64,000 bases of DNA from Candidatus Kapaibacterium sp. (GTDB lineage Bacteria > Bacteroidota > Ignavibacteria > Kapaibacteriales > UBA2268). The position numbers and the translations under genes were made by a program. The stretch spans positions 1,088,001 to 1,152,000 of the forward strand of contig OY762428.1 of NCBI GenBank assembly GCA_963665665.1. The letters run 5' to 3'. The notes beneath the pieces are model-generated. The model made no database searches, was not told the origin of the DNA, and was given only the letters and a program-made list of their open reading frames with translations. Of the stretch, positions 1 through 13,300 are shown one piece after another. Each line of letters opens with the position of its first letter. Position 1 is the stretch's first letter.

Positions 1-78
1 TTTTTTGCCAATTTTTTAAGCAACTATATTTTTCCTTAATCGTATGTTTGTACAGATACAATTAATGAAAGAAGCAAA

Positions 79-270
79 ATGTTAAAGAAAACAGTAATAA
101 TTTCAGGAGCAGGGTTGCTATCGGTAGCAACAGCAATAATAATTGGCCAATTTTTTCCTTTAATAGATAATTCGGATTTCATACAGGGATTCTTTACCGG
201 CCTTGCAATAGTTTTCCTTTTAGCATCAGCAATAATGATGGCCTTTGAAAGACGGACAAAAAGGAAATAA
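79..270 (+). CDS. Small hypothetical membrane protein (2 predicted TM helices)
   Basis: 63-aa ATG ORF with two hydrophobic stretches and basic termini; TATGTTTG motif upstream at 43-50. Confidence 0.6.
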   Translation: MLKKTVIISGAGLLSVATAIIIGQFFPLIDNSDFIQGFFTGLAIVFLLASAIMMAFERRTKRK

Positions 271-573
271 TTACGAGTTCATCTTCATAATCGTATTTTA
301 TTCTTAGAAATACGCTTGTTAATTTAACAAATTAAAATATTTGCTTAGTATAGTTTTTGAAAACTCATAATAATTGAAACAATGCAAGTCATAAATCAAT
401 TATTGAAATATTCATATTAATAATTACACTGCCCAACCGAATAGCGGCCCTGCCCGATTAAAACATCAATTGGTAAAAGGGATAGATCGGATCAATAGAA
501 TGAAATTCCATATCAACAGAGTAAAATTCTGTGTTTTCAGAATATAATTTTATCTGAAAAAATATCTTTATCA

Positions 574-762
574 GCACAAACCAACGCTAAGATGGCACGA
601 TCCAACGCTATGATTATACGAACCATCGCTATGATGACACAAACCAATGCTATGATTATACGAACCATCGCTATGATGACACAAACCAATGCTATGATGA
701 CACGAACCATCGCTATGATGACACGAACCATCGCTATGATGACACGAACCATCGCTATTATA
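574..762. repeat. Tandem repeat, 9 x 21 bp, consensus ACACGAACCATCGCTATGATG
   Basis: Nine contiguous 21-bp units read directly; units at 700-741 are identical, the others carry substitutions; no spacers. Confidence 0.95.
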
Positions 763-910
763 GTGCAAACAAAGGTATTTCCGAAGCTAAAAATCAATTA
801 TTAAAATTGCCACAGCTGCATTAATACCCTTATTTTCAATTATTTATATAAACATGAATATAATGAGCAATTTCTACAGGATAATCATCAGGAAAGATAA
901 AATATTAAAT

Positions 911-937
911 CAAAAGGCGGATTTAATCCGCCTTTTG
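911..937. terminator. Intrinsic terminator, probably bidirectional
   Basis: CAAAAGGCGGATT-T-AATCCGCCTTTTG perfect inverted repeat about 20 bp past the stop of the 959..2908 gene. Confidence 0.85.
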
Positions 938-958
938 TTTTATTCAATTAATATTATT

Positions 959-2908
959 CTACTTTCTTGGTAATGGAGTTCCGGAAATAATTCTTCTGAT
1001 TCTCGGGTCAAGCTTTCCTCCGTTGGCCTCAAGAGCTTTTATTACCGGTGGTATTTTTTCAGTCTGCCCAAGGTTCCAGTACAGTTGAACCAGGTTCTGA
1101 TATATCGGATACATTTTATTGCTTACCTTAATTCCCTGAAGCCATACTGCTTCTGCATTGGTTAGTTGGTTTTTATTTGCATAGGCAGCGCCAAGATTCA
1201 AATAAGCCATCGGAATATTCCTGTTTCTTTTAAGAGCAATATTCAAAATGTTAATAGCTTTGTCATACATCTTTTTCTGCATATAAACAGTACCCAGATC
1301 GGCAAACCATGCAGCATGAGGCTTTCCTCTTTTAAGCGCTTTTTCAAGAGGAACAAGAGCTTCGTCATAACGCTTGTTTATCAGGTATGTTTTTCCGAGA
1401 TTATAGTTTGCCAGATGATTATCAGGCTGTAACGCAAGAGCTTTTTTAGCATACTCTTCAGCTTTTTTCCAATTTTTCTGCCTGATATATACAGCCGACA
1501 GATCAATGTATAAATTGAAATTATCAGGATTTAGTTCAATTCCTTTGTGATAAAGGCTGTCAGCAACATCAAGTTTGCCTTCTACATAATATGCCTTTCC
1601 AAGGTCAAGATAACCTCTGGATTTATAGGGATAAACATCAACAGCATTCTGCCAGTAGGTTGTCCTGTTTTGGAAAACAGGTTCATAGGCATAAGTTCTA
1701 ATTGCAAATATCACAAATATTACTGAAGCAATAGCAATTGGAACAGGTTTTTCAATATTAATTTTTAAAGCTCTGAAAATTTCGAAAAGAACTATAATAA
1801 ATCCGAGAAATACCAGATAAGCCCTGTGTTCGGCATAATCAAAGAAGTCTCCTACATAAATAATTCTTATCAAGAGAGTTGGGAGCAGGAATACAAAAAA
1901 CCAAATGAAGCCAAACCAGGCTCTTCCCTTGTTAATATCTTTAAGGACGAACATGGAAGCAAGGAGCAGCAGAAGAACAACAACCCCGGTGATAATTGTC
2001 AACTGTTCAAAATTAGCAAGTGCATGCATTTTTACCGGAAGGATCATTTTCCCGAACATTGCAAAAATAGTAGGGAAATTTTGTATCAATGCATCTGGCC
2101 CGATAGTATCCGGAGTGTTTATATGGTCGGTAGCACCCTTCCTTGCAGCATACCATATCAACCCAAGTATAAACCATCCCGTAACAAGCGATATACCCTC
2201 CTTAGAGAAGATTTTCTCCCTGTGGTAGATAAATATGTAAGCTATACCGACAAATGGCAGCAGAGCCGTTGTTTCCTTTGTAAATAATGCAATCAAATAA
2301 GCCAGCATACTCAGAATATAAAATACGAACTTTTTTGCGCCGCCGGATTCCATGAAATTTATCAGGAAAATAAAGCATAGCAATATAAAAACAGCTATCA
2401 TCGAGTCATTTCGCCCGGAAATCCAGGATACCGAGGGAGATATTACCGGATGAACAGCAAACAGCATAGCCATAATAAATGAAGGTATTCTGTTATAGCC
2501 AAATTTCATCAATGCAAAAAACAATAAAATTGAACCCATTACATGAAAAGCCAGATTTGTCCTTCTGTAAAAGTGGGGGTCGGTTTTCCCCATCTGATGA
2601 TCGATAATAAATGATGAATCCAATATCGGCCGGTAATAAGTTGCCCCGATAGCTTTTTTAAAAGAATTCTTTATATTGGACGGATCCTGATTATATGCTT
2701 GTTGATCAAGAACAAAAATGTTATCGTCGCAATAAACCAGGCCATAATCCAACGTACGGTAAAACAAAGCAATAGTTGTAACTGCTATTATAAATGCAAG
2801 CAAAGTATTAATCAAATAAGGGTGAACTTTATCATTTTTTTGTACAATTTCTGCTGATTGTTTTTCTACCTTATTTTTTTTCTGATTTTTCTTGTTTTTT
2901 TTGCTCAT
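959..2908 (-). CDS. TMTC-like GT-C membrane glycosyltransferase (putative protein O-mannosyltransferase) with C-terminal TPR repeats
   Basis: N-terminal TM then YCDD acidic motif, YYRP, HP..SVSWISGRND, KE and AEHRAY motifs, about 11 TM segments, then tandem TPRs. Confidence 0.8.
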   Translation of the reverse strand: MSKKNKKNQKKNKVEKQSAEIVQKNDKVHPYLINTLLAFIIAVTTIALFYRTLDYGLVYCDDNIFVLDQQAYNQDPSNIKNSFKKAIGATYYRPILDSSFIIDHQMGKTDPHFYRRTNLAFHVMGSILLFFALMKFGYNRIPSFIMAMLFAVHPVISPSVSWISGRNDSMIAVFILLCFIFLINFMESGGAKKFVFYILSMLAYLIALFTKETTALLPFVGIAYIFIYHREKIFSKEGISLVTGWFILGLIWYAARKGATDHINTPDTIGPDALIQNFPTIFAMFGKMILPVKMHALANFEQLTIITGVVVLLLLLASMFVLKDINKGRAWFGFIWFFVFLLPTLLIRIIYVGDFFDYAEHRAYLVFLGFIIVLFEIFRALKINIEKPVPIAIASVIFVIFAIRTYAYEPVFQNRTTYWQNAVDVYPYKSRGYLDLGKAYYVEGKLDVADSLYHKGIELNPDNFNLYIDLSAVYIRQKNWKKAEEYAKKALALQPDNHLANYNLGKTYLINKRYDEALVPLEKALKRGKPHAAWFADLGTVYMQKKMYDKAINILNIALKRNRNIPMAYLNLGAAYANKNQLTNAEAVWLQGIKVSNKMYPIYQNLVQLYWNLGQTEKIPPVIKALEANGGKLDPRIRRIISGTPLPRK

Positions 2909-3037
2909 GGATCAATATCTATTAATTATACAGTTTACTTTTATGAAGTTGCAAGAGTTTGAAAACACCCGGTTTTATCTGTGTAAATCTTCGATATATT
3001 TAATAAAATAACCGAACAATCAACTTTTTGGGTTTTG

Positions 3038-4207
3038 TCATTTTTTAATATTATTATGTTCAAGCGCCTGTTCCCAGTCATGAACCTGGAATTTTTCACC
3101 GGCATCAGATTCTGCTTTTTCTTTGTTAGTTCTTATAAAACCACCATATTTTGTAATCACAGCAGCAGGGAATTTCCCATTTGTTGCAGCAATATATGTT
3201 TCTTCATTAAATTTATTATCATTTGCTATCCAGATGTCATAAAGCATTACACCGTTGAACTTTGTGTCGGTAATTATTTCACTTTCACTTTTCGCGCCTC
3301 TGAAATCATTACTTCCTATCCAAGTATCAAAATTTTCGCCGATTAATTCCAGCGAAACATAATTTCCTTCGAATATATTTTTTTCCACTTCAATGATACC
3401 TGACAGATCAATCAGGGCTAAACCTGCCTCGGAACAATTTTTTATTTCATTATTAGCTATCCGGGATAAATCTGCGACTTTCTTCATACTGTCGGCACCT
3501 ATACAAATACCGTACAATTCACAATTTTCAATCAGGTTACCGTCTTTTCCACCGATATTATTCCCTTCAATTCCTATACCACTTGGAAAAACAACAATAC
3601 CTGTACCATCAAAAAAATCGCTATCAGGAGATATTCTTTTGATATTTCTTATTATATTCCCATGAATCTCGGCAAAAGCAGGGCCGTCAAGAAATATTCC
3701 ATAATTACAGTTTTCGATAGTATTATACTCGATAAAATGCTTTGCAGTTGTTGATTCTGAATAGATAGCAGCTCCATTTATTTGTTCCGGATTATTATAT
3801 ATATCATAAAAATTCCTGAAAACAAATCCTTTAATAGAAATATTATCCGTGTAGAGAGAAAAACCGTTTCTCTGAGAAATGGATTTCTCTTCGAAATCAC
3901 CGTCAATAATCGGTTTATCAACACCAACAATTTCCATGCTTCTGTGCTGGTCGGTAAATGAATTACTTTCGTAGTAAGTAATTTGTTCGTCGTCATACAT
4001 ACCAACTACATGAACCACATCGCCTGTAACAGCAGATTTCAATGCTCTTTTTATAGTTTTAAAAGCTCCCTGCTCAGTATTGTCCTGCCCGGTGTTCTCA
4101 TCATTTCCAATAGCCCCGTTCACATAATAATGTGCAGAAAAGGATGAGTAAGACATAAATATTATTGTTAAAAACCCAATTATCAATTTCATTATCAACT
4201 TCCTCAT
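3038..4207 (-). CDS. Secreted right-handed beta-helix (pectin-lyase-like/NosD) protein
   Basis: Signal peptide, YYV..GND.N.G..AFKTIKRAL cap, repeated N.I.NC..GI rungs; colinear with the N-terminus of the 3794-aa protein. Confidence 0.85.
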   Translation of the reverse strand: MRKLIMKLIIGFLTIIFMSYSSFSAHYYVNGAIGNDENTGQDNTEQGAFKTIKRALKSAVTGDVVHVVGMYDDEQITYYESNSFTDQHRSMEIVGVDKPIIDGDFEEKSISQRNGFSLYTDNISIKGFVFRNFYDIYNNPEQINGAAIYSESTTAKHFIEYNTIENCNYGIFLDGPAFAEIHGNIIRNIKRISPDSDFFDGTGIVVFPSGIGIEGNNIGGKDGNLIENCELYGICIGADSMKKVADLSRIANNEIKNCSEAGLALIDLSGIIEVEKNIFEGNYVSLELIGENFDTWIGSNDFRGAKSESEIITDTKFNGVMLYDIWIANDNKFNEETYIAATNGKFPAAVITKYGGFIRTNKEKAESDAGEKFQVHDWEQALEHNNIKK

Positions 4208-4252
4208 ATATTACGGCAAAATAAAGATGTAATTTAAAGAATTTGCCTGAAT

Positions 4253-4280
4253 AAAAAAAAGGCGGGGTAAAAACCCCGCC
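4253..4280 (-). terminator. Intrinsic terminator of the 3794-aa gene
   Basis: GGCGGGGT-AAAA-ACCCCGCC hairpin with an adjacent A8 run (U-tract on the minus strand). Confidence 0.85.
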
Positions 4281-4304
4281 TCTTAATCTATCATCTAAGA
4301 AGAA

Positions 4305-7300
4305 TTATCTTGCTATGATGAATTTCTTGATGATCTGGTCTTCACCGGCTCTAATATTCAGGATATAAGTTCCGGAAACAACGTTGTCAAGATTAATCTT
4401 GATATCGTGTGCACCGGCTGAATAATAGCTTCCGTTGAGTGCGCCGAGAACCTTGCGTCCAGAGAGATCAAGAACGTTAACTGTTACATTCTGTGAGCTC
4501 TGAAGCTCGAGAGTGAATGTAAGGTGATCAGTTGCAGGAACAGGCATCAGGTTAGATACGAAGAGGCCTGCTTCTTCATTTTCTCTGCTAAGGATGATAA
4601 CATCCCTGTGTGCAAGCAAGAATTCACGTCCATCAATACCTACAGCTACCAGCTTGTAGAGATATTCGTCGCCAACTCTGAGGTTAACATCATCATCAAC
4701 GAATGAGTATCTGTTATCTACGCCGCCAATTGCTACTAAGCCGGCATCGCTTGTAAAGCTACCAACTTTAACATAATCGAAGTCAACAGCATCCCAGGAT
4801 GTGTTAGTTACGTCAGCTCTGTAGAGTTCGAAACCAACGATACCCTGTTCGAATGTTGTGTTGAAGTCGAGATATGCATTAGCATTGTATGACTTAGCTG
4901 TAAACTGATCGAGTTCTACATACATACCACCTGCAGTTATACGGCAATCCGGAATTTCGATTGAAAGCGGGTTACCTGTACCAAGGTCGTCAATGTAATT
5001 TGTTGTAGGTGCTGCTACGCCATGGTGACCATTGTAGCGATACTCAGTTACTTTAGCATAGTAGTAAGTGTCATCGTTAAGGCCGGAAATTTCACCGGAC
5101 TCATCTACATCACCATTAGCAATGGCTTTAGAACCATCAGTGCCGCCTTCAGGAACAACAACTGTATTTGTTGTAAAGTTAATGTTTCCTGAGCCAACAT
5201 TGTAGTATTCACCATCAACAGGAAGTGACGGATAGTTATTTTCACGCATTACAACTACACGAGCATTACCGTTACGGCCGTTGCTCCATGAAAGCTGAAC
5301 CATACCTTCGCCGCCTACACAAGCGTCATCAATAACCTGAATACGTCTTGCCTGACGGTAAGGTTCAGTAGCTCTAAGAACGAAGCCATCATCGGTACCG
5401 CTATTTTCAGTATAACCTGACAGATAGCCTGTAGCAGATGCTTTGATCTTATTATAAGCGCGACCATCACCCATATACTGGTAGTAGCGTTCGTAGTTCG
5501 GATATGAATCCCATTCGAATGATGCGAATGTAACTGATGAGCTGCCGCCACCAATGTTACCTGTGTTGTTAGCTACAGCACCTGCATAAGTACCATCGTC
5601 GTAGATAGCATCAGCAAGTGTTCCAGCGTCAACAGGAGTAAGAGTGATATTAACAGTTCCGTCAGTTATAGGATTACCAAGCCTGTCTGTCCTTTCAACA
5701 CCGAGTTCGTCGAATGTATCGTGAGATAATTCAACTTCAGCCGGCATGTAAGCTGCAAGGAAGCGAAGCTGGTAGATTGTCCAAGGATTCTGTGAGCAAT
5801 CACTTGTATTGTAGTTCTTAGGACCAGAACCCTGGTTGTAAGCAAATACGTGTGCAACGTAGTTCTTATCTGATTCAAGGCCAGTAACAGTAACTGTGTG
5901 AGTTGTGTTAGAACCGTCTGTATCAGGAATTACGTCAACAACCCTGAATCCGCTTGCAACTTCAGTTGCTGAGCTCCAGCTTCCATTGTTATCCGCGTAG
6001 TCTGTGAAGTCTGACGGAGTCCAAGTGAATGCTGGCAGGCTGTAACCTTCCATAAGAACAACAATGTGTCCGCCATTTACAGTTCCATATTCCTGGAATG
6101 TGAATGTAAATGATGTGGAAGCATTGCTTGTGAAGTTAATTTCACAATCCTGTGCAGGTTCTGAAATGTATGCAGCACCAGTGAATTCAACTGTAAATGA
6201 ATCGCCGGCATAGCATGTAGCATTTTCCTGAACAGTAATTGTACCACTGTGATTAAGGTGTTCACCCTGAGGATAATACTGTACCCAGAATGTACCGCTT
6301 TCATCAGTGAGTGTAATTGTTGATGCCCAAGCATCAGCAGCGTCTTCCCTTACCCTGAAGTTATCGTTACCGTCGTTATCTGCAACAGATACCTGGATAG
6401 GATAATCAAGTTCAGAGAATGTGTAAAGAACAGAGTATGATGTTGATGACTCTGTCATTTCTTCAATATAACCAAAGTCTGTACCTGACTGTGATACGAA
6501 TGTAACTGTAGGTTCAGTTGTGGTTATTGTCGGTGAGCTTGTAAATGAGCTGGAACCGCAAGTACTGTTAGCACGAACCTTCACATAGTATGTCATGTTA
6601 GGATCGAGAGCACAATCAGAAGCTGTCCAGCTTGAAGGTGTTACAACAACATCAGAGCCAACCTGTACATCTGCTGATGTAAATACCTGAACGGTATAAT
6701 CATCTGCATCTGTTACGTCTGCCCAGTCAGCTGTTATCCTTGTAGCAGGATAAGTATCATGAGCAGCTACTGCAACTGCTGCCGGAGCTGCCGGAGGCAG
6801 GTCAACAGTGATAGTTGAAGCAGGTGAGGATACAGCACCACAAGGTCCGCATACGAATCTTGCTTCTACTTCAGCGCCATCCCAACCACCGGATACTCCG
6901 GTAATTTCGATAGTATTAGGAGCTAAAGCAGGTATACTAATAGTTGCTGCATAGTCGCCACTGCCATAAGAACCAGTTGTAACCTGAGTCCATGACCTTG
7001 AAGCATTGGCATTTGTCCACCATGTTGGAACAACCGGGCCACATGCCTGACTATATGCGAGTGCGGAATATTCAAGATCTCCACCAATACAGATAGTTTT
7101 TGTAGTGTTATCCTGAATATCACCTGTTACATGCCAGAATATAGGAGCATCATACATAATCATCTGGCTGATTACTTCAGATGCGCAAGTACCATTGCTT
7201 GCAACTATCTTAATAATAGCATTTTTCCAATCCGGATCACCCGGGTTAGTCCTGCTATAAGGTACATTGCTTAAAGTAAGTGTTGAAGAATTAGCAGCAC

Positions 7301-10300
7301 GAGCTGTAACTGTAGTTCCTTCAAATGATCCTGATAACGGAATAGCAATGTATGACTGAGCATCATTCAGGAAGTCAACATACCATGTAATTGATGTAGC
7401 ATCTGCTACATTAGTTGAGAATGTTGCAGTTCCATCGTCGCATACATCGATTTCATTATCATAATCATCATTATTATCACCAAATCCTTCAATTGTAGTA
7501 ATTGTCGGTATCGGTGAAGCAGTAAGTGTAACTGTTGTAGTTGTTTCACTACATGCTCCGTTAGATGCAGTAGCCCAGTACTGGAATCCATCCTGTGCAG
7601 TTACTGTCCATGATGCAGAATTACCAGCTAAGCTGAATGAGCCGCTTGTAACTTCTGTTACAGAACTGCCATCTGTTTCCCAGAGTTTAGGATTATTCAT
7701 TCCTGAAATATTGTCATAAGTAATCCAGAGAACTTTGTCGTCGCCGATACAAACAGCGCCGGCTGGTTCTTCTGTGATATTTGACAAGTTAGGAGCGTCA
7801 GAAACTGAAATAGGACCATAAACAGTAGTATTTGCATCAGTACATACACCGTTTGAGTAAACGATCCTGAATGAAGCACTACTATAGCTAATCTGGTTAG
7901 AAGTTATGCTTGCGCTTGTACCTGAAACTGTAAAGTCGCCGCCAACGTTGATCCAAGTTGAACCATCGTTCCACTGCCACTGTCTTGTTCCATAAGCTGC
8001 GCCATCAGCTGTAAATTCAAGTTCAATTACTTCAGATTCGCAGAATGCAGTCCTTGTTGTTGCCCAAGTACCATTTGCATTAGGTGCCTGGTCAATATTA
8101 ATTGTTATCGAGTTTGAAGAGCTAACTGTTGCAGCTCCGCAACCTGAAACATTACTATATGTAACCATAAGTTCCATACCGTCAAGTGCATGTACAGGAC
8201 TGTCAATAACAAGGTTGTTACCTGTTACAGTAGCAGAACCGGTAGAAGTACCGAATGCATTACCTGCATCAGTTGATACTACTGCCCATGAAGTTCCACC
8301 GTCTGTTGTCCAGCTCCAAACAGGATTAGTAGGAGTCGGGTTACCTGTTACATCAGCAGTAACTGTGAAGTTATCATTTTCACAAACATCCTGATCGGCA
8401 GTTAGGATTGTTACTGTCGGAGGAACGTTAACCTGAACTTCAACTTCATCATTCTGAGGATCGATAACACAAGCTTTACCGCGGTTATCCCTCATGCTGA
8501 TGAGAGTGTAGAGGTTAGTTGTAATGATATTGTTCACTGTATAAGTGTACGGGAATGAAAGGATACCTGTTACACGGTCAGTAGTCTGGCCGTTTGAGTA
8601 CCTTACTTCTGAATTTGCACCATTCTGGCCGCCATCGATGTCGAATACGAGATCAAGATCACCATCGTAGCAAACAACTGCACAAACGTCAGCGCTTGTT
8701 GTTGGTGTTGCACATGCCGGAGTACCGGATGCTACTGTCATTGAACCAAGTGGCCATGTCCAGTAAGACCTTGAGTTCCTGCGTGCAAGATCAGGAGTTC
8801 CATCGATGTTTGTGAAGTAATTAGTCTGGTTGCTTGAGCCGTTGAATGAGAATACGCCGATTGTGTATTCTGTACCAGCGTTCAGGCCTGTAAGAACTAA
8901 TTCTTCAGTACGTGTTGTAACGTTATCATTCTTATAGATAAGTTTACCACTTGTCCTTGTAACGTTGGATGTTTCAGCCCAACCTACTGTACCATTATCT
9001 GTAAGTGTCGGGTATTCCTGGCCGTCAACCGGATATTCAGATCCGTCTGTTGGCATTGAAGAAGCCTGGATAGCTCCAACAAGAACACCAGTACCGTCGC
9101 CGTTAGTCCAGCGGAATTTAAGTTCGCTGTCCGGATTTGCAGGCTTACGGAATATAATTATCTGTGCAGGTGTAGGCTCGTCATTCAGAGCAAATGCTGA
9201 TGTACCTGAGAAGATACCCCATGCTGTCTGAAGGTGATCAACGCCTGAAACCTGGAGAAGGTCTGTTGTGTGATTTGAACCGGAACCATAATCTGTCCAT
9301 GCATCAGGATCAAGTTCTTCATCCCAACGAGCAGCATAAGACCAGGCAGCGTCAAAGTTAGTGCCGGCAGTGCTGTTGCATGTAAGACCAAATCTCAATT
9401 CGAGATCAAGATCTGTAGATTCTGGATAAATTGTTCCTGTAGGATCATAAGCACCGAGATAATAAGTATGATCTGTAGCATAAGTATCATCACCTTTACT
9501 AAACTCATCAGCAGGGTTAGTTGCATTAACTCTTGCTGCATATTTTGATCCTGTCAGGAAGTTTGTTGAATTAGCTCTGAATTCAATTGGCAGATATTCT
9601 CCGCCTACACCTATCGGGAGTAATACTAAGTCATACTGGTCAACATTTTCTGCTACAAGTGAACCAGTACCGTTTGTAACTACAAATGAGTTGCAAACAC
9701 CAACATTAGTAATTGTACCACCAACATTCATGTCATTGTCGCCAAGGAACATGTGAGCGGTACCACCAATAGGCATATTGCCTGTTGCGTAGAATTCATC
9801 ATAAAGAGTTACAGAAGCGGAACTTGTATTGGAGATTGAAAGATCAATGTTTCCATTAATATAAGTATCGCCGTCGTTAACCCAGCCGTGGCCTTCGCCG
9901 GTAGCAGGAGTAACGTTTTCTAAGTAACTACCGTTTGTTACCCAGATGAATTCGCCGTCGTTAGCATCGTCGATAGCTGTCTGTATTGAAGCATAGTAAT
10001 CAACGATATCAGCAGTTGTAAGCATATCTGCTGTTGTTGCAACATAAACGTTTGCACCAACGCAGGAAGCAACTGTCTGGAAGCCAACCTGTGAAGGATA
10101 AACGTCTGTGCCGTCATTCAGCCAAGGCAGGTAATCAACGCCATCAGAAACTGTAGCGCCAAGTGTACCCATCTTAGTGTTGTCTGCATGGTCGGGACCA
10201 TTTGCAGAACCCCACCAGTTACATTCAGCTGTAAGGCTGCTTGAAGTACCGGTGATTGAGTATGAAACACTACAATCTGATGTAAACGAGTTATGATAAA

Positions 10301-13300
10301 GAATCATATCTGTTGACCAGTCAGTTGCAACATTAGCATCGGATAATAATCCCAAATACCCAATATTAACTTCTGAAGTATTTTCAAAGTTATTATTAGT
10401 TATTGAAGCGCTTGCCAATGTTCCTGTTCCGGTTGAACTACCATAATAGATTAATTCAGAAGCATTAAAATCATTATTATTAATGTCTACTACTGATAGA
10501 TCATCATCATTTATTCCAAATAACAATAAGGAATTTTCTACATCATTGTTAGAAAATTCTGTATTATTGGCTTCAGATTCCTCAACAAGGAGTGCGTAAC
10601 CCATAGTTCCTGTAAATACATTATAGTCTAATAATGTACCTGTAATTGATGCTGATGTTACAGCAACACCTACTGCAGGATTCTGAAGAATGGTATTGTG
10701 ATCTGCTGCAAAATTGCTAATAGAAATATTTCTAATTTCGACAGCAGGAACTGTTGGTCCGGCCATTGAAGGAATCATCCTTAATCCACGAAGTGAAACA
10801 TTATCAGCAGTAATTGTGAAGAGTTCACTTGGTGAAGATGTCGGAATAATTGTCGGGCCACCAATGTAACCTGGTGTAGTTGCATCGTAAGCACTTGTAA
10901 GGCCGTCGGCTTTTTTACCAACAACACAAACATCTGCTACGTGTGCATCAATATTATCTTCCTGATATGTACCATTCTTAACCCAGATGAACTGACCTGC
11001 GGAAGCATCGTCAATAGCTGCCTGGATTGAAGAATAATATTCAAGAATTGTAGCAGTTGCAGGATCTTCATCTGTAGCCCTGATAATCGGAGCATAAGAT
11101 GTACCTGTAAGATTACAAACAAGGCCTGATACTTCTGTCCAGAACGGAACAAATGTTAATGAACCGCTGACATCAGTAATTGCAGCACCCTGATCTGCTG
11201 TAGAAGAACCTACATAAGTATTAAGTGCATTTTCAGGACCATACTGTGAATCATAATAGTTATCTGTAGCATCGATGCCGGCTGTTCCGCCATAAGCATT
11301 AGCGGCAACATAGATAGCAGCAGATGTTTCATCAGTAAACGAGTTGAAATTAATATTTACATCGTCCTGAATTGTATTGTCATCAGCTCTGAATAAAATC
11401 GGAACTGCTGTATAATTACTGAATATATTCTGAGTAATAGTAAGATCTGTAAGAGTTGCAGATGCATCAGTTGTAAATACATCAATTGCTCCATTTGTAT
11501 ATTCAAATGTATTACATGTAATTACAATATTATCAGAATTTATATCGCCAAATCCAAGATCAATAGATCCTGAATAGGAGGCTGAGTTACCAGAAATTTC
11601 GGCATTTGTAATACCGCCAAGGAATGTACCCAAACCATCCTGTACACAACCAAGCACGCTACCATAACCTGACTGGTTAACACCACCTTCGGCAGTAGTA
11701 TAAGGCTTGAATGTGTTATCAGTAATATAAAGATTAGTAACTGAACCGCTTGCAACTGAGAAGGCACCACCAATGTCAGTACCAGCAGTTTCAAGAAGTG
11801 AATTCAGAACTCTTGCGTCTGCAGCCCAAGGGAATGACACGAGTTTTTCTCTGTCAGTACCGTCGAAACCGGCAGCGTAAAGCAGCCATGAATCCTGAAT
11901 GTAAACAGTTGTTCTTAGAGCTCCGGCATCTGTCCAAACAGCACCGTCAAAGTCATTAGCATCGTTACCAAGATCAATTTTGAAGCCGTCAATTGTTACA
12001 TTGTCAGCAGCAACAAAGATCATTGGTTCGTTGTAATCACCCTGAACCCATGGAGCACCAGGAGTCTGGCCTGAGTTTTTGTACTGGCCGTCAAGGACTG
12101 TAGTTGCTGAATAGCCTTTACCCTGAAGTTTAACTGACTGCGTAATAGTTGATGAAGTTACGAATGCAAAGTCACCATCATCGAAATAAACTATATTAGC
12201 TGCGTCAGTACCCGCAAGAGCATCGTCAAGGTTAGCAAAGTAATCAACAGGTGAGTCGTTGTTCCAGATTGGTGCATACAATGTTGTTAAAGCATTTGTA
12301 GTGAACCAGCGAACAAATTCAACACCAGGAGTTACTTCAGCACCCTGAGTAGGATACTCGAACTGGTTGCCTTCAAGTTCAACATAGCCGTAGTTGCCGT
12401 CGTGTTTAACAGCAGGGCCATTTGCACTTGCCCAGAAGTTCCACCTTGCTTCGAGGTCATTTCCACCGTTAAGTGAAATTGAAGCACTTTCGAAACCAAC
12501 TGCAGGACTTGCATCTGTGTCAAGTACAATGTTGTAAAGGAATTTGAATTCGTTATCGAAGTCAGCAATATCGGTACCGCCGAGAACATCCTGCATAATA
12601 TACAGAGCCGGATCATTTGTACTTCCATTCTGGAATGTATTATGGTGGAAGTAAATTCCGGAGAATGTTCTGCCAGTAAATGTCGCACTTGGATCAGCAA
12701 ATACGAAACCGCCATCAGCGATATCATTATTATTTACTGTAACGCCTGCAATACCGGCACCAAGGCCGAAGTATGCATTGTTATTTCCGTCGACATCATT
12801 ATTGCTGAGAGTTACGTTACTTGTTGTAGTTGATGTCGGAGTGATCTGGAACCAAGTTGTTGAACTTGCAGTTGTGAATGTATTCCAGTTAACATCAAGA
12901 TAATTTACGCCGTTTCCGTCAGAAACGTCAACACCTGCATCTGTTCCGTCAAGATCAAATGAACAGTATTCAATTCTTGAATTGTTCAAAGAACCTGTGA
13001 ACTGAACACCGGCTGTTACGCCAGTTGCAGTCATGTCAAGGTTGAAACCGCGCATTGAAACGTTATCAGCTGCAAAGAAGAAGAGAGTCCCTGTACCGTC
13101 GCCGGCAACGATAGGACCTGATCCTGTACCTGCTGTTCCGCCTGTCCAGGCGTCAGCTGTACCGGAAGGAATACCAGTTGTACCGGTTACCGGTTTTTTA
13201 CCTCTCAGGTAAACTTCTTCGTCAACTGTAACTGATTCGCTGTATGTACCTTCTTTTACGATGATATGATCACCGGTTGCTGCAGCGTCAACTGCAAGCT

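Noticed and set aside
574-762. Possible CRISPR array
   Set aside because: Units are contiguous with no unique spacers, and there are no cas genes in the window.
537-804. Three overlapping ORFs across the 21-bp repeat
   Set aside because: Open frames follow automatically from a stop-free 21-bp unit; no independent evidence of coding.
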